From the NCBI RefSeq assembly GCF_006345805.1, contig NC_042997.1, forward strand, positions 50,530,001-50,594,000: a DNA stretch of 64,000 nt. The letters are read 5' to 3'. This document shows, one piece after another, positions 53,720 to 64,000 of the stretch. Within the stretch, counting starts at the first letter, position 1; the number at the start of each line of letters is the position of its first letter. This stretch comes from Octopus sinensis. Taxonomy: Eukaryota. The position numbers and the translations under genes are program-made. The notes beneath the pieces were generated by a model, which saw only the letters and a list, made by a program, of their open reading frames with translations, searched no databases and had not been told where the DNA came from.

Positions 53720-54278
53720 AAAATAAATAACCGTGTCGCAACTGAGAAGAAATAATTATGAATGCAAGAATTTTCTGCCCCGTAGGGCGAAAATTACTGT
53801 ATGTCGTGAGACAACAGTTCAAAAACAAATACACAGAAAACACAAACTGGGACGAACTCACAATAACAAATAAGCAGCAAAGAAGTACGCGCGCAGTCGA
53901 GAATAAAGCAAACGGAACTGAAGGTATCGATGAATAAATGACAGATTTAAATAAGAAATGAAATTCATTGAAAGGTTAACTTTAGTTAATCATGCAAATA
54001 ATAGCCAATGGGAATATTCCACTCTCTACTATAAAAAAAATAATTTAAGATTACAGGTTTGTGCACAAGTGTTCATTGGATCTAATGATCTAATTGGACC
54101 GTATTTTCAAAAAACATTATATTTTAAAGTTTAAGAAAATTATAAGACGCTAAATATTTATGCTTACAACATACTAAAATGTCTGTCATTTTTTTATACA
54201 GGGGTGAATAAATGAATTCTTGTGTCCCCTATATCTAATTTTAAAATTAGTAGTACTCCCTATATAAATTTTATATAG

Positions 54279-54358
54279 GAGCGTTAAACTAATAAACCTG
54301 TTTGCTGTTTACACACCCGTCTTCGTCTTTTGTTCGTTTCTTTTGTAAATTCCAAATA
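54279..54358 (+). mobile_element. 3'-terminal fragment of the family seen at 21120-21367
   Basis: GAGCG..A.ACTAATA.A...GTT...TGT.T.C.CACC.G.CTTCGTCTTTTGTT is shared; followed by TA-rich repeat. Confidence 0.5.
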
Positions 54359-54384
54359 TATATGTATGTATGTGTGTGTATGCA

Positions 54385-54435
<51 letters not shown>

Positions 54436-54501
54436 ATTTTGTAGACAGGAACTGAAACAAACCGATCGTATATATATGTATGTATATATGTAAGTGTATG
54501 T

Positions 54502-57239
54502 ATTTTGGTATTGGCAACATGAATGACAATGGTCAGAGACTACTAGAATTTTGCACATACCATAACCTGTGCATCACTAACACATTATTTGCCAACAAGA
54601 CATCCCATAAGGAATCTTGGAGACATCCAAGATCTCACCACTGGCATCAGCTGGATCTCATCATTACACGAAGACCCTTTCTAAATTCTGTTCAACTGAC
54701 TCGTAGTTACCACAGCGCGAATTGTGACACAGATCATTTATTAATAAGAAGCAGGGTGAGGATTCTGCCTAAAAAGTCCATCACTTCAAGAAAATGGGCC
54801 GATCACGCATTAAAACTGCCAGAACCTCCGACCCTATACTGCGAAAATGTTTTGCTGTTTCTATCAAAGTTGCCCTCAGTAGCTGCCCAACAGTAGCTGC
54901 TGAAAGTAGATGGGATTATATCAGGGAAGCTTTGTATACCACATCAATAGATACTTTCGGCATGAGAGAAAGGCAAAACCCAGATTTTGTTCAGTGCTGG
55001 GCTCTCAGAGCTGGAAACAGTTATCGAAGCAAAGCGTCCAGCTCTGATGTAACACAAGAGTGATTCTTCTATTAAGTCACTCGAAGAACTCAGAAAGGCA
55101 AGAAATAAAACTCAACTGACTGCCAGACGCTGTGCAAATAGGTATTGGCAGGAAATATGTCAGAGTATCCAGTCAGCTGCTGACAATGGCGACACCCGTG
55201 GGATGTATGCCGGTTTGAAGAAGGCCCTCGGTCCATCCACAACCAAGTCAGCCCCTCTGAAATCAACTACTGAGGATCTCATCAAGGACCAAAGCAAGTA
55301 AATAGATAGATGGGTGGAGTACTACCAGGATCTCTACTCACAAGAGACCACTGTAGCTGAGGCTGCAATCGAGAGTGTCAAGATCTTGCCAGAAATGTGT
55401 GAACTTGACAGTCTGCCATCTATAGCAGAGCTCACCAAGGCTGTTGACTCCCTAGCAAGAAATAAGGCTCCGGGATGGGACGGCATCCCCTCAGAGATCA
55501 TCAAAGCCGGCAAAAACACCATCCTGCTTCGGCACCTTCATGAGCTTCTGTGTCAGTGCTGGGAAGAAGGTACAGTCCCTCAGGATATGCGGGATGCTAA
55601 CATCATTAGGCTTTACAAAAACAAAGGTGACCGTGGTGATTGTAACAATTACCGTGGTATATCTCTTCTAAGCACTGTTGGAAAGACCTTTTCCCGCGTT
55701 ATCCTGGCCAGGCTACAACTACTTGCTTCTCGAATCTATCCGGAATCACAGTGTGGCTTTAGAAGAAGCAGATCAACTATTGACATAATATTCTCCATAC
55801 ACCAACTTCAGGAGAAGTCCAGAGAGCAGAAAATGCCATTATATATGGCCTTCATTGATCTGACAAAGGCCTTTGACTTGGTAAGTAGAAAAGGCCTCTT
55901 CATCCTGCTCCAAAACATCGGATGTCCACCAAAGCTGCTGAGGATCATCACATCTTTCCATGATGATATGCAAGGCACCATACAGCACAATGGTTCAACA
56001 TCAGCCGCCTTCCAAATAAAAAATGGGGTAAAGCTAGATTGTGTCCTCGCTCCTACATTATTTGGCATCTTCTCCCTGCTGCTGTCACATGCCTTTGTGA
56101 CATCAGATGATGAAGTGTTTCTGCACAGTAGAAGTGATGGGAAACTGTTCAATCTCTCGCGTTTGCGTGCCAAGACCAAAATCAGAAGCGTCCTGATCAA
56201 GGAGGTGCTATTTGCTGATGCTGCTGCTCTGGTATCACACACAAAAGAAGCCCTACAAAGGCTCATCAACTGTTTTGAGCAAGCATGTGGCAACTTTGGC
56301 TTAATTATCAGCCTCAAGAAGACCAACATCATGAGTCAGGCTACATCGACCATCCCAAACATACATATTGGAGACCACAGACTACAGGAGGTGGAGAAGT
56401 TTACCTATCTTGGCTCTACCGTCACCTACAACCTACCCCTTGATACTGAGCTCAATATACGCACTGGCAAGGCAGCTGCTGTGATGGCCCAACTCTCCAG
56501 ACGGGCATTGGACAACAATAAACTGACCAAGACCACAAAAATGAAGATTTACCAGGCATGTGTACTTAGCACTCTACTATATGGAAGTGAGACTTGGACG
56601 CCATACACACGGCATACGACGCCATACGTTGCCTAAATATCTTTCACCTGCGCTGCCTCCGGAAAATCCTTCGCATCAAATGGCAGAATCATGTCCCCAA
56701 CAAAGATGTCCTCAAGCAAGCAGGAATACCAAGCATGTTTACACTCCTCACACAAAGACGTATGAGATGGCTTCGACATGTTAGCAGTATGGAAGATGGC
56801 AGAATCCCCAAGGACATACTCAACGGAGAGCTTGCTAGGGGCACTAGGTCTGTGGGAAGACCGTTCTTACGATACAAGGATGTTTGCGAAAGGGACATGA
56901 ATGCCTGCAACATCAATATTACCAACCCAACTGGGAAGCAGTTGCCAGCAACCGTGGAGATTGGCGACGTACCGTAAAAGAGGGAACACAAAGGAGTGAC
57001 ATAGAGGGAGAGGAGAAATGGAAAGACGAGAAAAGAGGTCAACAAGAAACTATGACATTACAACTAGACAGACAAAGTCTTCGCTACATTTGCGGCACCT
57101 GCCAGAGGGAGTGTTTGTCCAGGATAGGACTACACAGCCACAACAGGAGATGTATTAGGACATGAAATGTAAAAGCCGGACTAGATTATTTTATGCGCAA
57201 CTCCATTGTCTCCCGAGACAAAAAGGATGCCAACAACAA
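54502..57239 (+). mobile_element. RTE-clade (BovB-like) LINE, 5'-truncated in the endonuclease and decayed, with a (CAA)n tail and a long TSD
   Basis: NDNGQRLLEFC, WHQLDLI, KAPGWDGIP, NYRGISLL, FIDLTKAFD, LFADAA (mutated FADD), CGTCQRECLSRIGLHSH..C; tail GATGCCAACAACAA; duplicated flanks 54427-54501 and 57240-57310. Confidence 0.93.
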
Positions 57240-57519
57240 TATATATGGATTTCGTAGACAGGAACTGAAACAAATCAATCGTATATATATGTATATATGT
57301 AAGTGTATGTGTGTGTCTTTGTGTCTGTGTTTCGCCCTCATCACTGCTTCACAACTGCTGTTCATTTAATTACATCCACAAAACTTGCTGGTTTCACAAG
57401 AACAAACTAATAGAATAAGTACTAGGCTTACCAACATAAAAAAGCACTAGGCTGTGTCTCATATTTTTGTTTGCCCACTCAGTTGTATCTATCAATTTAT
57501 CTTTGTGTGTGTGTATCTA

Positions 57520-57525
57520 TATCTA

Positions 57526-57607
<82 letters not shown>

Positions 57608-57626
57608 TTATCTATCTATCTATCTG

Positions 57627-57659
<33 letters not shown>

Positions 57660-57660
57660 T

Positions 57661-57695
<35 letters not shown>
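57520..57695. repeat. (TATC)n followed by (TA)n
   Basis: Direct reading; a GATA tract with no Tx1 insertion. Confidence 0.95.
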
Positions 57696-57696
<1 letters not shown>

Positions 57697-58745
57697 ACAC
57701 CCTAATGGGAGCCTTAACTCCCAAATTTTAGTAAGTTCTTTTATGATCCAAAACTAGGTCAAAAGTACTGAACGGATCTTTATGAAATTTGGAAATTATA
57801 TTCTAAGCATAAGGGCCATAACCCCCATGACAATTCATATATTTTTGCTGTTGATGAAATTTTAACCATAGATATTAGACACAAATGAAGTAATATTTAT
57901 AAAATTTCATCTTCTTACAAAGTTAGAAACACCCCTCCATGGGGACTTAACACACATAATTTTGTCATTTAATCTAAGCAAAAACGAATACAGTTGTGCT
58001 CTTGGAAGCTGTAGGGTTACCCGAGCATAAAAGATGGGCACTATTTCTAATTCAATGGTACAACAGTGTAACAGTTTGCTTTGATATACACTTACATTGT
58101 GATTTCTGCAATGTGGTGCATAAATTGTTAAGTAAATGAGAGGCATCTTTGTCTCCACTGATTCAGTTGCAAAGTGTTGAGTAAAGTTATTTGATTGCAG
58201 ACCTCCTTTCAGTCTTTTTATTATCACTCGGTCACACATAGTCCCCAGATGGTAACATTGATTACAAGGCCTTCCCAGATGAGTGACTGGTTATTCAAAG
58301 ACATTTATAGATTTTAAATTCATTCTGTCCAGTTAAGTATCAGTATAGTGGTCATTTGCAAACTCCAGAGGTGACACTTTAATTTCTCCTAAGCCCTCGC
58401 GCTACACAGTTATTAAGGTTGATTTCAGTTGGGTCACGCCCTTTCAATTGCTATAGATTCGTAATGCATCTTACGGCTATGCCTGTCACCTGGATAGTGA
58501 GGAATCCTACATTGGGAGTGGTAACGACTAGGGTAGGGTAACTGACTGCTTATTGTGATCATTCGTCTTTTGGTTTCCATGTGGCACGATTACAATTTTT
58601 TTAGGGTGTGTAGAGGGAAATAACCCTCATCTGCAATTTTGATGAAATTCGAAACGTAGATATTCCAGTTCATTTAGAAAATATAACAGAAAAGTCTAAT
58701 TCTTCAATTGGAATGTAACCGAGCAACGCCGGGTATCTCTGCTAG
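57690..58745 (+). mobile_element. Non-autonomous Helitron (~1.1 kb; 5' end lost in the TA/TATC repeat)
   Basis: 3' hairpin CCGAGCAACGCCGGG (58719-58733), then CTAG|T (58742-58746); same terminus as 35910-36303. Confidence 0.68.
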
Positions 58746-58946
58746 TATATATATTATATATATATATATATCTAACTGGAACAAATAAAAAATAAAATAT
58801 AAGATCATCGGTATTCGTTAATTATGACATTAAATAATTAAGACACCTTATTCTTCTAAATTTCAATCAATTATGATTATCACATCTCTTCCGATAGTGT
58901 AATTTGGGTATATTTTGGTAGCGCTGCAACACATTACAAACGAATA

Positions 58947-59049
<103 letters not shown>

Positions 59050-59948
59050 AAATAGAAAGATGAATAATCTTGTAGTAGATTAATCAAAAGTTTAACCGAT
59101 ACCTTAGTAGCAAAAATCACAGCAGTAAACAGCAGAGGCCGGATGGTAAACGGGCTTTTACAGTCGGCTTTTCGATGCCCCCATTGGCGGCGTTACACTT
59201 ATCTGGCTTTTAAATAGCGTTTATAAATAATACCGGCACCCATAGCCCTTGGTAACAAATTCTGAAATAGCCTTTAAGATATCTACGATTAACCACTGCA
59301 AGGGGAATTACTCCTGTAAGACAAACGGGCTTGGTTTTTTCACAGCGGGGGGTTCCTTGACAAGGCAGGCTTAGATGAACACACAACACCACACACTAAA
59401 ACATAATATATATATATTTTTTTCTGCCACCCAACGGTTCTCACGGCAGTAGCCACTGACAGCCGAACGATCAAACGCACACACGTACACAAAAAATGTT
59501 TTCTACCCCTACGCCAACACACACATATATAGAACAGTATACACACACACACGTCTCTAAGTAGATTTTTATCGCCCCTTATAAAACATCCAATATTCCT
59601 TAAATAGTCAGAACTTTATTCTCGGTCACAAAGAACATCTACACACCCTCACCCACATGATTGACCGATGCCTGACCCGTTGAATTCTTCAGCCGGCGGT
59701 TCTCAACATACACTGATAAACAGTTTCGCCATGGGCTCTTAGGAGCATAGTTCGATTTGTTTTTTGCCCGCCTCTGTTCTGTTTTTGTTTTTCCAACGGA
59801 TTTCCTTTTCTTCCTGAAGAGAAAGACACAATATGGTCCCATTATTCAATCGGATTTTGGTAATTTGTGCCTTTCGAAACACGTGTAGAATGAAATAAAA
59901 CGATTTCTGTTCAATCTGCGTTCAGCTCCATTTCTTCAATTCACCAAT

Positions 59949-60009
<61 letters not shown>

Positions 60010-60364
60010 ATATATATATGTTATATATATGTTATGTATGTATATATAAGGTGAATATTATTCAGCTGCATCAGTTCTGAAGCGTATAGGCGAATGTGTT
60101 GTGTGTTAATTAGATTTGCTTGTTATTCCATGATCACCTGACTTCATCTTGAAGCATTCTATGATGGGAGTGAGGAAAGCCATTCCTAACAACGCCATGC
60201 AAACAAGATGTCGAATCTGCTTTGCCAGGGGTTTAGAACAAACATTCTGTCTTTGCGACTCCGGCCTTCCCCATCTCGTCTCTCTGTACACACACATACA
60301 CACATACACATATTTATACACACATACATACATATTTATATATGCATATATACATACATACACC

Positions 60365-60413
<49 letters not shown>

Positions 60414-60415
60414 TA

Positions 60416-60464
<49 letters not shown>

Positions 60465-61307
60465 CATATATATATGGGTGTATGTATGTATGTATATATG
60501 CATATATATGCATACATATATGTAGATTTCTTCAGAGACAAAGAGAGGGAGGGATAATACACACACATGTACAATACACCTACGCAGAAACGCGCGCGCG
60601 CATACACACCCACACACACCCACAAGAAATATAGAGAGGAGGTTTCTTTCTAAAGTTTCTCCTGAAATTAAATAGTATTTTACCTATAGATCTGTTCAAC
60701 CAGCGAGTGGACTATCAAGATTTTGGTGTCAACCTTTAAATATGGTTCATGATGGCATCGATAAGTTGGTAAGGTGGCAGACACTGATGGCAATAAGCCA
60801 AGGCACTTGGCCAAGGTAAGAATCGATCGGTCTGTACGGACGGAAGAGTCGGTTAGCGATTCAGCTTGCGACCAGTAAAACGATTGATTGCAAAATAAAG
60901 TAAATCTCTCATTTCAATGCATGAAAGATGTAAACTTCCTTCTATAAATAATAAGTAAATAATATACAGAAAAGTTTAGATGAAACTTAAAGTAGGAAAA
61001 CCTATTCAACGGTCAGCCGCCTCGCTGACATGAAAGCGCGTGGTCGTCTTCTTAACCACTCAGGATCATAAGGTCGTAGTTTCTATTCTTGAAGCTGGCA
61101 AGCACTTCATTTCAAGTGGCGTTACTCAGTTTTAATGAGTACTACCCAGTTTTACTCAGTTTTAATAAGTACTAACCAAGTACTAGTGCCTCTCTCTTTC
61201 AGTAGGTGTCATACCCTGAGTCAAATAATAGAGGGCTGAAAATTGTTAATGACTACTCGCCGTGACACCTAAAACAATTTTTAAAAGCATGGTGTGTTCT
61301 ACCAAGC

Positions 61308-62723
61308 TAGGGTTGCCATCTTGCTGCTTTTCACACTACATTTAACGTCTTTTTATTATTTCCACTGCGAAAATCCACCGAGTTACGTGTCCGCGTAATT
61401 TTAGTAATTGTTATTATAATTTAGTACTAAAGTTAGTGATGTTCGATAAAATCAAATCAGAATGTATTTCGGAGTTTACTATCCAAAATGCATGCAAAAA
61501 ATGTTATGACAATAAAAATTACGTTTTTCTAAAATTAGGTCTTTTTAAAGCAAATCGTCTCAAAAGTTCAAAGAGTTCAGAAAAAACTGGAAGCAGAAAC
61601 ACAAGACCCGACTAAATTACTGAATAATCTTCAGCATATCGTTGATTCACTCAGTTTAATAATTATAAAAGCAGGAAAGAAGCTAAATGGCAATTATTCA
61701 GTGCAGGATTATTTAGATCGGAAGCCAAGTCTTCGCTATCAATGTGAGAAGGAAATCGCAGAGTATAAAAATTTACTAAGCAAGGAGAAAATGAGATAAG
61801 CGGTTGATGCTTTCAATTTATTGAGGAATTTTTGAAGCAAATTTAACTGCGTCTTTCAGATTATTTTCGTCTTTTATAGTCAATGAGTTATTTTCGTGTA
61901 AAAATATCTCAAACCAATAATACCTGAAATAATAGACTTGGCAAAGCATTTTAGTGAAGTTTCAGAAATTCTGACAAAAACTGATTTTAAAGTACCATCA
62001 CATGGGGAAACGACTGGGAAAAATCTATTTGATCATTTGTCAAAGTTAGCTTCTCCCTTTACTGTATGCAACCTCTGATGTGTAGTGAGTATTTAGCCAC
62101 GTGAAATCAAATGAAGATAAGCGCCAAGCATAGAAACACAAAACAACAATTTGGACATCAAATATGGACTTGAACGAAGTGGTAAATGTTGTTATGATTA
62201 TTAACTACATAGAAAACTTGTAAAGAAAATTTGATTCGTTGATGCTTGAAAACCATGTGAAGCTGCAAATTCAACATCAAAAGAAATTGATTGGGAAATT
62301 TTCAAATATATTACGAAGTAAAAATAATAACCTTAACACAACAAAATCTCGCATAGAAATCTCACAAGAAAAAAAAAGGAATGCAGCTTCAATAACAGAC
62401 AGCCAGAGTCAAAATCCATTGATTCGGTCGCAAATGCAACGACGAAAAAGCTGTCTGGAATAGATAAATAAGTGGAAATTGAACCGGTGACTATCATACT
62501 GAGGCTCTATGATTCTCCCTAGATTCAACCTTAATTTCACTTTATTTCATTTAGAATAGAAATATTTAACATTAATCTTTTGACAATAACACCTATTTAT
62601 GTGAATTTTTGCTTAGCTACTTTTTTCTTGATTTGTACTTTTGACTTTTATATAATGCACATTTTAGTGACTTTTAGCTATCGAAATAATAGTGCTTTTT
62701 AAAACTTTGATTTAGCAACCACT
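61308..62723 (+). mobile_element. Decayed hAT-type DNA transposon with an 8-bp TSD
   Basis: TAGGGTTGCCA ... TAGCAACCACT ends; TACCAAGC duplicated at 61300-61307 and 62724-62731; relic IKYGLERSGKCCYDY near 62160. Confidence 0.72.
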
Positions 62724-63334
62724 TACCAAGCTATATTCTCTCATGATTGGCCGCTAGCTATGTTGCATTGTACATATCTTAGGTAGAGATGAAATAGCCC
62801 AATAAGGAAATTTTGCGATATTTGGTGAAAAGTGTTAAGTAATGCTAGATTTTTGAACAACCGGTATTTCATTTTCAGTGACCTTTCTCGACAAGTGACT
62901 ATATATATTTTCTGGGAAAATTGACTACAATAAATTATTCTGACAAACTTCGAGCATAATGGACGTTTCCAGGCTGGAACTTTTGTATTCTGATGTCATT
63001 TACAAAGGACAAAAGCTAGATGATTTAGAGCTAACGAGAAAGACCTTGAGTGGTCGCTCTATCTACTAGAAATGGACATGACAGTCAACTCAAAATACAC
63101 TCTACTGTTTTTAGATACGGATCTATTAGATAATATGGTCCTCTGTCTCTATGCATAGGATCAAACTGGATGGTCATGTCTGGGATGTCTTGTTTATGAA
63201 GCTAATCGATCAGCACCTTCCACATAAAAAGCAACAACAATTTTGCTTTCATTTTCTTTTGTTATTCTTTCATTGTTATTCGCATAGAGACACATATACA
63301 CATGCTCGGACACGTGAACACACACACAACGTGT

Positions 63335-63545
63335 GTGTGTATGTGTGTGTTTGTCCCCCACAGCGCTTGACAACCGATTATGGTGTGTTTACGTCCCTGT
63401 AACTTAGCAGTTTGGCCAAAGTGACCGATAGAATAAGTACTAGGCTTACAAAAAGTAAGTTCTGGGATCGATTTGTTCGACAAAAGGCAGTGCTCCAGCA
63501 TGATCGCAGTCAAATGACTGAAACAAGTAAAAGGAATAAAAGAAT
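63335..63545 (+). mobile_element. SINE family 2, 3' half
   Basis: TGTCCCCC..CGCTTGACAACCGAT..GGTGTGTTTACGTCCC...GAATAAGTACTAGGCTTAC...GACTGAAACAAGTAAAAG. Confidence 0.8.
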
Positions 63546-63611
63546 GTATACATGCAAACTGAAAGGAAGCAAAGACTGAAGATTTCCAGACGATGAGTAT
63601 ATAAGTCCGGA

Positions 63612-64000
63612 GAGCCACCTTTGCTAGCTACGCAGACGATACGAAAGTCTCGCAGAAATACAAACCCTAGCGATATTGCACGCCTGCAGCAGGAGTTGTA
63701 CGCAATTTACAGATGGACTGAGGACAATAATATGCAGCTTAATGCTGCAAAAGCCCCAGCCTGTAACCAAAACTGAACGAAAAGCTAAGGTACACTGGCC
63801 CTGGGGTGGTGGGGATTACAATCCCAGAACCTAAATCGGTGCGTGACCTGGGTATCGACATAAGTGATGATACCTCTTTCCAAGTGCACATCACCAAGAT
63901 GGCTACAAAGTGCACACATCTGGCTGGTTGGATTCTGAGAACCAGAGAGAAGGAAATCATGATGGTCCTCTGGGAGACATTCCTCCTCAGCCACGTGGAC
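63612..64000 (+). mobile_element. CR1/L2-like LINE RT fragment, runs off the window end
   Basis: FASYADDTKVSQ, LQQEL.AIY.W...NNMQLN, VRDLGI.I.DD.SF..HI, AGWILRT. Confidence 0.85.

Larger units (their letters stand above)
50830..53930 (-). mobile_element. Second Tx1-like LINE family: 5' UTR + ORF1 + APE endonuclease; RT and 3' end missing
   Basis: ORF1 has VSVEGRRPRCVKCGQKGHVSSTC; ORF2 has MIKLGCLNVRGLGSRWKQ, VTESK, FLGDFN, YTDHKL, GPGYWKMN; homology stops before the RT. Confidence 0.88.

Noticed and set aside
57520-57625. Additional Tx1 insertion at this (TATC)n tract
   Set aside because: Flanks show no Tx1 3' UTR; it is an unoccupied GATA tract.

Overview
Repeat-dominated, AT-rich eukaryotic (animal) genomic DNA. 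The SINE, MITE and LINE families look like those of octopus/cephalopod genomes; this is recalled resemblance, not a database result. No intact host gene, tRNA, rRNA or CRISPR array is evident. Main contents: (1) three nested or adjacent copies of a Tx1-like (L1 clade, APE endonuclease) LINE, one full length, each abutting (GATA)n/(TATC)n, plus a second, 3'-deleted Tx1 family at 51-54 kb; (2) three Dong/R4-like LINEs (restriction-like endonuclease) and a non-autonomous element sitting in (TAA)n arrays; (3) a young Penelope-like element (RT + GIY-YIG) with a 1.39-kb near-perfect inverted duplication, a five-unit CRE/CCAAT array and a hammerhead-like motif, abutting (TA)n; (4) an RTE LINE with a ~72-bp target-site duplication; (5) CR1 fragments, hAT fossils, Tigger-like MITEs, two non-autonomous Helitrons, a MITE carrying TTAGGG repeats, many SINEs and large microsatellites. 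The most notable pattern is apparent microsatellite niche partitioning by three retroelement endonuclease classes, with element tails creating new landing sites. Boundaries are approximate to a few bases unless motifs are quoted. Many frameshifts could be assembly errors.
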